Positions 18,093 through 26,406 of a stretch of DNA of 31,582 nucleotides are shown in pieces. The notes beneath the pieces are model-generated. The model was not told the origin of the DNA and did not search any database. It saw nothing but the letters and a program-made list of their open reading frames with translations. This DNA comes from a virus (lineage: Duplodnaviria > Caudoviricetes): positions 1 to 31,582 of the IMG/VR virus record IMGVR_UViG_3300032305_001731. One strand, 5' to 3'. The translations under genes and the position numbers were made by a program. How positions within the stretch are numbered: position 1 is the stretch's first letter; each line of letters opens with the position of its first letter.

Positions 18093-18730
18093 GGTTACTG
18101 TCCTGGGCGCTTGCCAAAATCCGCGGCAAGGCCCCACCGCCGGGCTCTGACATCCTGGGCGCTGCCACGCTACCATGGACGGGCGGCGTCCCGGCCGAGG
18201 CGCTGGAGCTGTCGCAGGCGCTGGAGGGGCTGCAGCTCAAGCCCTATGCCGACGCTGGCGGCGTCTGGACAATCGGCTACGGTTCAACCCGCGATCTGGG
18301 GGGCAAGCCGGTGACGGCTGCGACGCCGGCAATCAGTCAGGCGCAGGCCGAGGCCATGGCCGAGCGGGATCTGCAGCACGCGGCTAAGCTGGTGGCCGAG
18401 GCGTTCCCGCAAGGGTTGCCCCCGCGCTGGGCTGCGGCGCTGATCCTCATGGCCAACAACCTGGGCGATATCCGCAAGTGGGGCGGCAGCCTCAAATTCA
18501 TGGTGGACGGCCGGCAGTGGGGCGAGGCCGCCTACCAGATGCGGAAATACCGCAACGCCGCCGGCGTGCCGCTGCTGGGCCTGATCCGGCGGCGCTGGAC
18601 TGAGGCGGCATACGCCAGCGGCTACAGCGCCAGTGAGGCCAAGCGGCGGGCCTGGGCAGAGATTAAGACGCTGGACGACTGGCCCCGGCTGCCGGGCGAT
18701 CCGAGGCCGGCCCAAAAGAACACGGCGTGA
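18089..18730 (+). CDS. Endolysin, GH24 lysozyme
   Basis: E-x8-D-x5-T triad in EGLQLKPYADAGGVWTIGYGST; GLIRRR. Confidence 0.9.
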   Translation: MRLLSWALAKIRGKAPPPGSDILGAATLPWTGGVPAEALELSQALEGLQLKPYADAGGVWTIGYGSTRDLGGKPVTAATPAISQAQAEAMAERDLQHAAKLVAEAFPQGLPPRWAAALILMANNLGDIRKWGGSLKFMVDGRQWGEAAYQMRKYRNAAGVPLLGLIRRRWTEAAYASGYSASEAKRRAWAEIKTLDDWPRLPGDPRPAQKNTA

Positions 18731-18804
18731 ATCTTGGTGTCTGCCAGGTGTCAGCGGCGGCTGTGCGTTCCGTTCCTGTTCTGCATTTCTTGTCATGGTA
18801 GGGG

Positions 18805-18833
18805 TTGCCAGTTCCCAGCCATATCGCTAGGAA
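18805..18833 (+). promoter_or_regulatory. Putative sigma70 promoter ahead of the tRNA fragment
   Basis: TTGCCA-N17-TAGGAA, ending 11 nt before the tRNA 5' end. Confidence 0.55.
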
Positions 18834-18844
18834 ATCCCTCGTTC

Positions 18845-18887
<43 letters not shown>

Positions 18888-18972
18888 CAGCGCGGCCTGC
18901 AAGCCCCTGAAAATTAAGAGTTTTATTGGGGCTTGTTGGATTTGGTGTCTAAATCTGCCTTTTTGGCTCAAA

Positions 18973-19986
18973 TCAGCCCGCCATTCGCCGGCTCTGAACA
19001 TTGGATGCCAGCCCCCAAATCCTGCGGATCTCGCCTTCGTGCCCCGCCGGCATCAGGTGCGCATATGTCTCGACCTGCTGCACCGTGGCCCAACCGCCCT
19101 CAGTGCGCAGCAGCATCAAATCCCGCTCGATAGCGTAGTGCCAGGAGGCCCAGGTGTGGCGCAGGTCATGCACGCCGCGCAGCTCTACCTCGGCATTGCG
19201 GGCGGCAGTGGCCAGCGACTTCTTGATGTCAACGGCGCCGAACACTGGCCCCTCCCTATGCGGCAGGCTGGCCAGCATTGCCACGACCGCGGGCACCAGG
19301 CGCACAATGCGCTGCGTGCCGGCCTTGGTGGTGTCGGGCCATAGGCGCGCAATACCACCCCGCAAATCCACGTCTGCCCAGTCCAGCAGGTAGGTTTCCC
19401 CGCGCCGGCAGCCGGTGGCCACATACCATGTAATGAGCGGCGCCAGCCTGGGCGCGGCCTGGCGAAGCCCCTCTACCTCTGCCGGCAATAGGCATGGCGT
19501 GCGGCTTTTGGGCTGCCGGGGCGCCTCAAAATGCGGCATGTCGCACCAGCCCCGCCGCGCGGCATGCGTCAGCACAGCCTTGATGGGCACGATCACATTG
19601 CGCAGTCGCGTGGCTGGGCTGGCATCCGGCCGCAGCAGCGCGCGGCATGCTCTGTCCACTTCGGCCTGACCAATGGCGCTGAGCGGCGTCTCTCGAAAAT
19701 GCCGCAGCAGCCGCGCCAGTAGGTCCAGCGTGCCTTTGCTGCGCTGCTCAAACTGGCGATAGCTGGCGCTGGCCTCTACCCACGACCGAGTGCCACGACG
19801 CGGCCCATGGTAGGCATCGCGGAGGATTTGCGCGGTAAGCGCGGCGGCTTCCTCATTTGCTGTTCGGCGGTCATCGCTGCCAGCTCTGCGGCGTATCCTG
19901 ACCCCTTCTGTCGAGCCGGCGGGCGTAACGGTGCCGGTGATCCAGAGACCTTCACGGCCCTCGCGGGCTCCGACTTTAAGCGGCAT
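18973..19986 (-). CDS. int: Tyrosine integrase
   Basis: TGCRRGE (R), TKAG (K), HDLRHTWAS (HxxR), GGW, ETYAH (Y); GGAGG SD. Confidence 0.93.
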   Translation of the reverse strand: MPLKVGAREGREGLWITGTVTPAGSTEGVRIRRRAGSDDRRTANEEAAALTAQILRDAYHGPRRGTRSWVEASASYRQFEQRSKGTLDLLARLLRHFRETPLSAIGQAEVDRACRALLRPDASPATRLRNVIVPIKAVLTHAARRGWCDMPHFEAPRQPKSRTPCLLPAEVEGLRQAAPRLAPLITWYVATGCRRGETYLLDWADVDLRGGIARLWPDTTKAGTQRIVRLVPAVVAMLASLPHREGPVFGAVDIKKSLATAARNAEVELRGVHDLRHTWASWHYAIERDLMLLRTEGGWATVQQVETYAHLMPAGHEGEIRRIWGLASNVQSRRMAG

Positions 19987-20147
19987 GCGTCCTCCAGTGC
20001 GGCAATAGCGATGGCATCATAAATCACGGCTCGGCCTGGCCGCAGTACGGGAATACCGTAGTCTTTTTCCAGGCGGTGCAGCGTGCGGGGATGGATGCGG
20101 TATTCGCGCGCCACCTCGGCGCGGGTCTGGCGCGCCGGGCTAGCCAT
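19776..20147 (-). CDS. Excisionase-like HTH protein overlapping int
   Basis: TRAEVAREYRIHPRTLHRL...GRAVIY resembles a winged HTH; immediately upstream of int. Confidence 0.6.
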   Translation of the reverse strand: MASPARQTRAEVAREYRIHPRTLHRLEKDYGIPVLRPGRAVIYDAIAIAALEDACRLKSEPARAVKVSGSPAPLRPPARQKGSGYAAELAAMTAEQQMRKPPRLPRKSSAMPTMGRVVALGRG

Positions 20148-20382
20148 GCGGCGGCTCTGTCATTGTGATGCCCCAGGCTTCAGCCGCTTCTTCCAGCTTC
20201 TGCTTCACCCGCTCATATGTTTGGAGCGCGGCAATTTGCGCTTTGAAATCAGCCGTGTAAACCGCGCCATCAGACGGCTCTAAAGCAGCCAAGGCTACCT
20301 TGGCGGCCAGCCTATAGCCGTCAACAAAATCCACCTTCATGCGAGCCACGGCGGCTTGCACTAACGCATCCAAATCGCTCAT
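20140..20382 (-). CDS. Hypothetical protein
   Basis: Coupled ORF in the leftward operon. Confidence 0.6.
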   Translation of the reverse strand: MSDLDALVQAAVARMKVDFVDGYRLAAKVALAALEPSDGAVYTADFKAQIAALQTYERVKQKLEEAAEAWGITMTEPPHG

Positions 20383-20624
20383 GGCTTCACCTTCAGGGCT
20401 GCGCGGATGTAGTACAACAGCATTTGAGGCAGACTGTCGGGATTGGTCGGCGCGTCGTAGCAGCCTTGAATCATGATGGCGCTATTTTCCAGCGCCTCCC
20501 GCAACCGCGCGTTCTCGGCGCGGAGGGCGTCGCGCTCAATTTTCATCCAATTCGCACATTTTCTCCAAGCGACCATGTTGTGAAAGACTATATCGTCAAA
20601 ATCTCGCGGCTCTTCGTCGCTCAT
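20379..20624 (-). CDS. Hypothetical protein
   Basis: Coupled ORF with a short coiled coil. Confidence 0.6.
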   Translation of the reverse strand: MSDEEPRDFDDIVFHNMVAWRKCANWMKIERDALRAENARLREALENSAIMIQGCYDAPTNPDSLPQMLLYYIRAALKVKP

Positions 20625-21490
20625 GCGGCCACCTGCTGGGCCACGGCGTCCAGCGTTTCGGTGTATTCGTCTTCGACGTGCTGGGCGGCGTCAGCGTCAT
20701 GGTTTGCGCGGACGTTCTCGACGTGTTCGGACATCGAGAGCCACCACGCGCCCAAAGCGTCGGGGCCCTCGCCGGCCAGGGCCTGCATGGTGCGCTTGAC
20801 CGCCATCACCCACCGATCCAGCGTCGGGTCCGTCACTAGCGTGGCGTCGCGCGTAAGGCGCTGGAGGGGCGTGGCAGGCTCGGCCTGGACAGGTGCCGCC
20901 GGCCGCACATACGCCGCCGCAGCGTCAACCGTGGGGCCGCGGGCGGGGGGCATGGGCTCTACCGGCATGTCCTGCGCCTCTTCCTGCGTGATCAGGCCGC
21001 GCATAGCGTCGGCGTAAACGTCGCGCAGCAGGAAGCCGCGAGCGCGGAGCTGCATCATCCGGTCGGGGTATTGCTGCCACGGGCCTTGCTTTCCCCAAAG
21101 CGCCGCCTTCTTGGCATCGGCCACAGAGAAGGTGCGGCGCTCGGCCTTCGGTGCGCCTCGGCGCTTGGTTTCGCACCACCCAAAGCGGGCCTCGCCCTCG
21201 CCCTCGACGCCTTCGGTGATGTATTCGCAGGCCGGATGCGAGCGGGCCAGGGCAATGGCGGCGTCGCCCCAGACGCTGGGCCGGCCATTGATAACCGCAA
21301 TGTTCTGAATAGCCTGCAGCGGGCCCAGGCCAATTTCCGCGCCCCACTGCATTGCCACCATGACGTTGCCAGGCTTTCCTCGGAAATCCTTCGGCACCAT
21401 GTCGCTATTGGCCAGCATGTTGGCAAAGTGCTGGGCTTCGGAGAAGTTGCTGGGGGCAAGCGCGTTGCCCATGCGGGTTGTCAGGCTCAT
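20621..21490 (-). CDS. RecT-like single-strand annealing protein
   Basis: S.MVPK.FRGKP.N...G.E.GL.P.QA.QNIAVINGRPSVWGD and W..YP.RM...RA; start 21490 overlaps the upstream stop. Confidence 0.8.
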   Translation of the reverse strand: MSLTTRMGNALAPSNFSEAQHFANMLANSDMVPKDFRGKPGNVMVAMQWGAEIGLGPLQAIQNIAVINGRPSVWGDAAIALARSHPACEYITEGVEGEGEARFGWCETKRRGAPKAERRTFSVADAKKAALWGKQGPWQQYPDRMMQLRARGFLLRDVYADAMRGLITQEEAQDMPVEPMPPARGPTVDAAAAYVRPAAPVQAEPATPLQRLTRDATLVTDPTLDRWVMAVKRTMQALAGEGPDALGAWWLSMSEHVENVRANHDADAAQHVEDEYTETLDAVAQQVAA

Positions 21491-21957
21491 GTTGCGGATT
21501 TCCTCGCGTTGATGCGGAGGCTTGGCGCGCCTCCATTGGATAGGGTGCAACCCGGCACAGGGGCGCCAGCGCTCAGCAGCTTCAGAATTGCGGCCTTGTC
21601 TGGCGCTGCCGGCGGTTGCCGCATCAGCTCAGCCGGAATGGCGTCGATGTCGGTGATCCGCACGCCATCGCGGGCGGCGCTGATCGTGTAGGTGTGGTGG
21701 CGCCCCTCGACGGGCAGCGCCTTGGCAGGCAGCTCTTGCAGGATCATGGCAAAGCGCTCGCGCATGTCTTTGCAGGCGGCCTCGATGCCGGTGGCCATGG
21801 TTTCGGCCATGGCGATGGCGTCACCCAGCGCAGCGGCGGCGGCCGGCGCATCCTCGGCGGTGGCGACCTTGGCCAGCGCGGAACGAACGGCAAACGGCAA
21901 GGCGGCGCTATCCGCGTGCGCTTCTGCCGTCTCTGCAATCATGGCCAGGATGCTCAT
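21487..21957 (-). CDS. Siphovirus Gp157-like protein
   Basis: C-terminal I.D...IP.E.....PDK.AI...L..G..VPG..L; adjacent to the SSAP. Confidence 0.65.
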   Translation of the reverse strand: MSILAMIAETAEAHADSAALPFAVRSALAKVATAEDAPAAAAALGDAIAMAETMATGIEAACKDMRERFAMILQELPAKALPVEGRHHTYTISAARDGVRITDIDAIPAELMRQPPAAPDKAAILKLLSAGAPVPGCTLSNGGAPSLRINARKSAT

Positions 21958-22235
21958 ACCTCGCCCTTCCAGGCGCGGGCGGCCATATCCAGGCAGCGCA
22001 TGGCGTCGGTCACGTCATTGATGCCCAGCGCGATCACAGCCTCCGACAGCCAGGCCGTGGCGGTGTATTGGTGCTCCAGCGGCAGATCGGCGCCGGCGCG
22101 GCGGATCAGGGTGGCGGTGCGCTGTGTGGCGGCCATGTCGCCCAGCAGCGGGCGCTCATCGCGCACCATGACGGCGCCAGCGGGGATCGGCGGAATGCGG
22201 ATCGGGTCGGGGAAGCGGATGACGGTCGCGCTCAT
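21954..22235 (-). CDS. Hypothetical protein
   Basis: Coupled ORF. Confidence 0.55.
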   Translation of the reverse strand: MSATVIRFPDPIRIPPIPAGAVMVRDERPLLGDMAATQRTATLIRRAGADLPLEHQYTATAWLSEAVIALGINDVTDAMRCLDMAARAWKGEV

Positions 22236-22600
22236 GCTGCGCGCCCCTGCTGGATAAGGGCGTTCAGTGCCGCAATGCCGCGTTCAAACACAGCATTGCT
22301 CCGGTCGTCGTCGATCCGGGTGTTGATCTCGCATGTGGTAATGAAAGCGTCGATCCGGCTGCGCAGCGGGGCCAGCGCGGCCTCAAGCGTCGCCGCAACC
22401 TCGGCCACCAGCTCATCACCACCGCAGCCGCCGGCGATGTCCGAGCGCTGGTCCCAGACCTCATTGAGCAGGCCGCACAGGCTTTCGAGGCGGAGCGCGG
22501 CAGCAGCAAAGTGCTCGGTGGGGGTGTCGCCATCAGGCTCGGCGGCGGTGCTGTAAGGGCTGGCCGGGTGATCGGCGCGGAAATTGTCGGGGTAGGACAT
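22232..22600 (-). CDS. Hypothetical protein, first gene of the leftward early operon
   Basis: GGAGG SD upstream of ATG 22600. Confidence 0.6.
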   Translation of the reverse strand: MSYPDNFRADHPASPYSTAAEPDGDTPTEHFAAAALRLESLCGLLNEVWDQRSDIAGGCGGDELVAEVAATLEAALAPLRSRIDAFITTCEINTRIDDDRSNAVFERGIAALNALIQQGRAA

Positions 22601-22632
22601 CGGGGCCTCCATCGGTGTTGCGATGGAGGTAT

Positions 22633-22682
22633 TTAGCTCGAAGCTAACACAGTGCGCAAGTGTTAAGTTAGCCTAAAGCTAT
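22633..22682. promoter_or_regulatory. Left operator pair, TTAGC-N5-GCTA(A/T)
   Basis: 22633-22647 TTAGCTCGAAGCTAA; 22668-22682 TTAGCCTAAAGCTAT; AT-rich intergenic region. Confidence 0.7.
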
Positions 22683-22719
22683 TTAGCGCATCACATTTTT
22701 ATTAAGTTACCCCCCTTGA

Positions 22720-23061
22720 CTAATGCGCCCGCGCGTGCGGGGGGGGGGGGGGGTTAGGCAACAGGGTGGCCACGGCATCCCGGACGGCTTGCGGTGCGGC
22801 TTGCAGCCGCTGCAGCAGGTCGGCAAGCGCTGGATCATCCACGCGGATAATATGATGCCCTTCCTGCAACCAAGCCACGCTTGTGCCCAAAACTTGCGCC
22901 AGAGCCAATAGGTTTTCGCGCCGGGGAGCGCGCACGCCCTGGCACCACTGCGTGATAATCGGTCGCGATACACCAACTGCAACGGCAACATCCGTATGCT
23001 GCATGCCAGATGCTTTTATCGCGGCTTCGATGCGGCAGGCTAACGGGCTCTTTTCAGTCAT
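22720..23061 (-). CDS. CI-like repressor (XRE HTH, no S24 peptidase domain)
   Basis: DVAVAVGVSRPIITQW..G...P....L..LA..LG.SV.WL; divergent from cro; start 23061 preferred. Confidence 0.85.
   Translation of the reverse strand: MTEKSPLACRIEAAIKASGMQHTDVAVAVGVSRPIITQWCQGVRAPRRENLLALAQVLGTSVAWLQEGHHIIRVDDPALADLLQRLQAAPQAVRDAVATLLPNPPPPPHARAH
22739..22753. repeat. G15 homopolymer within the 3' end of cI
   Basis: 15 consecutive G; encodes poly-Pro on the minus strand. Confidence 0.9.
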
Positions 23062-23094
23062 AGGAGCCACTAGCCTGATCGGCATTTTAGCGGG

Positions 23095-23146
23095 GAAGCG
23101 TGAGGCTAATTTATCCAGTTGCGATAAAGTTAGCATGGTGCTAACT
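23095..23146. promoter_or_regulatory. Right operator pair between cI and cro
   Basis: 23095-23109 GAAGC-N5-GCTAA; 23128-23146 AGTTAGC-ATGGT-GCTAACT. Confidence 0.7.
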
Positions 23147-23154
23147 CTCCGGTC

Positions 23155-23370
23155 ATGGCCTCACAGATTATCCAGGACGCAATCAACCGAGCTGGCGGGC
23201 TAAAATGCCTTGCCGCAGCGGTGGGCGTGTCAGCTCCTTCGATCATAGGCTGGCGCAGGCGTGGTGAAATCCCGGTGGACCGCTTGGCCGCAGTCTCTGC
23301 CGCCACCGGCATTCCCGCCGCAGAACTGCGCCCCGACTTGGCTGCCGCTTTTGCGAGCGCCACGCCATGA
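23155..23370 (+). CDS. Cro/YdaS-like HTH protein
   Basis: AI..AGG...LA..VGVS..SI..W.....IP..R......TGIP..ELRPDL. Confidence 0.85.
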   Translation: MASQIIQDAINRAGGLKCLAAAVGVSAPSIIGWRRRGEIPVDRLAAVSAATGIPAAELRPDLAAAFASATP

Positions 23371-23888
23371 ACCACCTTGAACTGCGCGCCATCATCCTGG
23401 CCAATCCCACTGAGCCCCCGGCGGCCATCGCCGCGCGCGTTGGCATGTCTGTGTCGGCGGTGGGCTATGCGCGGTCCTACTTGATCCGCATTGGCCAAGT
23501 GGCGGCGCTTAAGCCGGCCAACCGGCCAATTACCGCAGCAGAGCGCGAGACGATCATTGCCATGCGGCGAGAGCTGCGCAGCTTTGAAGAAATCCGCGCT
23601 CACACCGGGCGCGGCATGGGGACGCTCACGGATATTGTTCGCGCGGCGATCAATGCCGGCGAGCTGCCGCCCGTTAAGCGGGTAGAGGCCCGGATTACCG
23701 CGCCCGAGCCAAGGCGACGCCCAGCTCCCAAGGTGCGGCTGTCGCTGAATATGACCGACTGCGAGCGCAGCGCCGTCGCCAGCCTGCGGCAGAGCGGCCA
23801 TCGCGGCACTGAACTTGAATTGCTCAGCATTTACAGGGGCTTCGTGGCTCGACGGGCGCGTGTCCATGCCGAGAGAATGCAGGCATGA
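23367..23888 (+). CDS. HTH DNA-binding protein
   Basis: IAARVGMSVSAV and a second HTH-like segment SFEEIRAHTGRG. Confidence 0.6.
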   Translation: MNHLELRAIILANPTEPPAAIAARVGMSVSAVGYARSYLIRIGQVAALKPANRPITAAERETIIAMRRELRSFEEIRAHTGRGMGTLTDIVRAAINAGELPPVKRVEARITAPEPRRRPAPKVRLSLNMTDCERSAVASLRQSGHRGTELELLSIYRGFVARRARVHAERMQA

Positions 23889-24196
23889 GTGAGCAAAACG
23901 CTATGCCCCGCAATGGCAATGACGCCGCCGCCGCTGTCACGCTCGCGTGTGCAGTGCATGGCTACAAGCGCGGGCTTTTCCTGGTCGCCGCCATGCTCGG
24001 CATTAAGCCAGACACGGCGCGCAAGCTGGCGCAGGGCGTCACCAGCGGCGCCACCATTCCACCCGAAACAGCCATAGCCGCTCGCCTGGAATTTTCCCGG
24101 CAGCGGTCGGCACAACTGCGTGCAGAGCTGCGCGCCCTGGAGATTCATGACGCCTCTACTGCTGCTGACCGCCTCGGCGTGGATTTGGCTCGGTGA
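23885..24196 (+). CDS. Hypothetical (CII-position) protein
   Basis: VAAMLGIKPDTARKL, HTH-like. Confidence 0.5.
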   Translation: MSEQNAMPRNGNDAAAAVTLACAVHGYKRGLFLVAAMLGIKPDTARKLAQGVTSGATIPPETAIAARLEFSRQRSAQLRAELRALEIHDASTAADRLGVDLAR

Positions 24197-24257
24197 TCGC
24201 GCGCATGACATCGCCAGAGCGGCCGTGGACTGCGCTGCGCGGCTGCGGCGGTGACGC

Positions 24258-24386
24258 ATGATGTGGCTCGGCATCGCCCTCGGCATGGCGCTCGGCACGG
24301 GCATCACATTGGGCCTGCTCTGGTGGTCCAGCTACCTGGCAGAGCGGGATTTAAATACGGATGAGCGGGGGTTGCATGACCACTGA
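24258..24386 (+). CDS. Small TM protein (42 aa)
   Basis: MMWLGIALGMALGTGITLGLLWWSSYLAERD... Confidence 0.45.
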   Translation: MMWLGIALGMALGTGITLGLLWWSSYLAERDLNTDERGLHDH

Positions 24387-24570
24387 ATTAACCTCCCGGG
24401 CGATCCCGCCAGGCGGGGTGCCCCGCATGGTGGCATTCCTGCCGGTCCTGACCTGCAGCCGCTGCTCTGCCCAGCACGTCTATGGCGGCGGCCATGACTG
24501 CCATGCCGCCATGCAGACGGCTCGCGCGGTGATGCTGTGCCAGGCGATTATGGAGGGTATCAGAACATGA
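24376..24570 (+). CDS. Hypothetical Cys/His protein
   Basis: CSRC...HDC; coupled downstream. Confidence 0.4.
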   Translation: MTTELTSRAIPPGGVPRMVAFLPVLTCSRCSAQHVYGGGHDCHAAMQTARAVMLCQAIMEGIRT

Positions 24571-24665
24571 GCAGCTTAGACCTGCTGGCAGGCTTCGCCT
24601 TTGGTGCGGCCGCTACTTTGATCGCATGCGGTGCCGTCGCCTGGTGGCTGGGGGGCGGCGAATGA
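24567..24665 (+). CDS. Small TM protein (32 aa)
   Basis: GGAGG SD; MSSLDLLAGFAFGAAATLIACGAVAWWLGGGE; ATGA coupling on both ends. Confidence 0.5.
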   Translation: MSSLDLLAGFAFGAAATLIACGAVAWWLGGGE

Positions 24666-24835
24666 GTGCGCCCGACACAGATACGCTCAACCGCTGGCGG
24701 GCCACGCTGGCCAGCTATGGCGGCGCCTATGCCGCGGCGGCTTACACGCTGGGCATCACTGAGGCGCTTTTGCGGAAATGGTGTCCGCCTCCGAAGGCGA
24801 AGGCGCCATACCGGCCTGTCAGGCGGTTTCGGTGA
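24662..24835 (+). CDS. Small HTH-like protein
   Basis: AAAAYTLGITEALLRKW. Confidence 0.5.
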   Translation: MSAPDTDTLNRWRATLASYGGAYAAAAYTLGITEALLRKWCPPPKAKAPYRPVRRFR

Positions 24836-25719
24836 GCAACCCATTTCTGGTCACCGGCCCAGCCGTCATAAGTTTTAGCGGCGGCCGCACCAGCGGCTAC
24901 ATGCTGTGGCGCGTCCTGCAAGCGCATGGCGGCACGCTTCCGGAAGGCGTGATTGTCTGCTTCGCCAATACTGGCCGAGAAATGCCTGCAACGCTGCGGT
25001 TTGTGCAGGACTGCGGTGAGCATTGGGGCGTGTCAATCCACTGGCTGGAGTATCGGCGCGACGCCGAAACTGGCCGGGTTTTTGCTGAAGAGGTCGGCCC
25101 GAACAGCGCCAGCCGCGATGGTGAGCCGTTTGCGGCGATGCTGCAGGGCAAGGGGTTTATGCCATCGCCGGTGCAAAGGTTTTGCACCACTGAACTAAAG
25201 GTTAGGACAATCCGGCGTTGGTGCGTCCAAAACTACGGCAAGGCCATAACATGGACCCAGGTGGTGGGTCTGCGGGCGGACGAGCCGCGCCGCGTTGAGC
25301 GGATCATGGACCCAGCCCGGCAGAAGAAGGCCGGCAAGGAAAGCCGGAACGTCGTTGTCCCGCTTGCGGTTGCCGGCATCACCAAGGATGACGTGCTTGC
25401 CTTTTGGCAGCAGCAACCGTTTGACCTGGGCCTTCGCGGTTCCTGGGAGGGCAATTGCGACGGCTGCTTCCTCAAGCGCCGGTCATTTATCACCCGGCTC
25501 TGGCAAGACGCGCCTGAGCGGGCGGCCTGGTGGGCCCAGCAGGAAGCATTGGCAGCTCTCAAAACGAGCGGTCGCGGTAATAGGTTCCGCAAGGACTGGA
25601 AGGGTGGTTACGACGGCATTCGCCGCGCGGCCGCTGCATCACCTCGGCTGCCCATGCTTGATCCAGATGATGACGCCGCCGACGTGTTTGCTGCCTGCGA
25701 TACGGGGTGTGGCGCATGA
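24832..25719 (+). CDS. PAPS reductase-family (adenine nucleotide alpha-hydrolase) protein
   Basis: ISFSGGRTS PP-loop, FANTGRE, RFCT.ELK, GLRADE..R, GNCDGCFLK. Confidence 0.8.
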   Translation: MSNPFLVTGPAVISFSGGRTSGYMLWRVLQAHGGTLPEGVIVCFANTGREMPATLRFVQDCGEHWGVSIHWLEYRRDAETGRVFAEEVGPNSASRDGEPFAAMLQGKGFMPSPVQRFCTTELKVRTIRRWCVQNYGKAITWTQVVGLRADEPRRVERIMDPARQKKAGKESRNVVVPLAVAGITKDDVLAFWQQQPFDLGLRGSWEGNCDGCFLKRRSFITRLWQDAPERAAWWAQQEALAALKTSGRGNRFRKDWKGGYDGIRRAAAASPRLPMLDPDDDAADVFAACDTGCGA

Positions 25720-26099
25720 TCCAAATCACGCTGCCCCTGCCGCCTAGCGCTAACCGCATGTGGCGCATGATGCGCGGCCAGATGCGCAAGAGCCCGGAAT
25801 ATCGCGCATGGATGGCCGACGCGGCCGTTCTGGTGGCCGTCCAGGCCGGTGGCGACCAAGCCCAGTGGTTCGGTTGCTCCATCGTGCTGCCGGCCACCAG
25901 GCGCGACCCAGACAATAGCGTGAAGGCGATCTGCGATGCCCTGCAGGCCGGTGGCGCCGTCCAGAATGACCGCATGCTGCGCCGGCTGGAACTGAGCGTG
26001 GACGACACCCGCGCCGAGGCTGATGGCGCCCTGATCCGCGTGTGGGCGACCGATGCGCCGGCGCCAAAACCCCGGAAAAGGAACCCGCGCAATGGATGA
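25716..26099 (+). CDS. RusA-like Holliday junction resolvase
   Basis: LPLPPSAN..W, RRDPDN.VK.I.DAL......ND. Confidence 0.8.
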   Translation: MIQITLPLPPSANRMWRMMRGQMRKSPEYRAWMADAAVLVAVQAGGDQAQWFGCSIVLPATRRDPDNSVKAICDALQAGGAVQNDRMLRRLELSVDDTRAEADGALIRVWATDAPAPKPRKRNPRNG

Positions 26100-26406
26100 A
26101 ATCCAAGTCCGCACGGTGCCGCTGCGCGAGCTGGCCCGGCATGTGTCGGAAGCCTACGGCGTCACCACTACCGACCTCGTGAGCGAGCGTCTGACGGGCG
26201 AAATCGTGCGGGCCAGGCTGTGCCTCTACTGGCTCGCCCGGCGCCACACCTTGCACTCCTACCCGACCATTGGGCGCGTGCTGCGGAGGGACCACAGCAC
26301 GGTCCTGAGCGGCCAGCGCAAGCACGCGGCGCGGATGCAGAGCGATCCGCAGGCCGCGCGCCTGACTTTTGAGATTGAAGCCCGAATTTCTGAGGTGACA
26401 ACATGA
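26092..26406 (+). CDS. Stand-alone DnaA C-terminal (domain IV) HTH protein
   Basis: YGV...DL.S.R....VRAR....LAR..T..SYP.IGR.L.RDHSTV. Confidence 0.8.
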   Translation: MDEIQVRTVPLRELARHVSEAYGVTTTDLVSERLTGEIVRARLCLYWLARRHTLHSYPTIGRVLRRDHSTVLSGQRKHAARMQSDPQAARLTFEIEARISEVTT

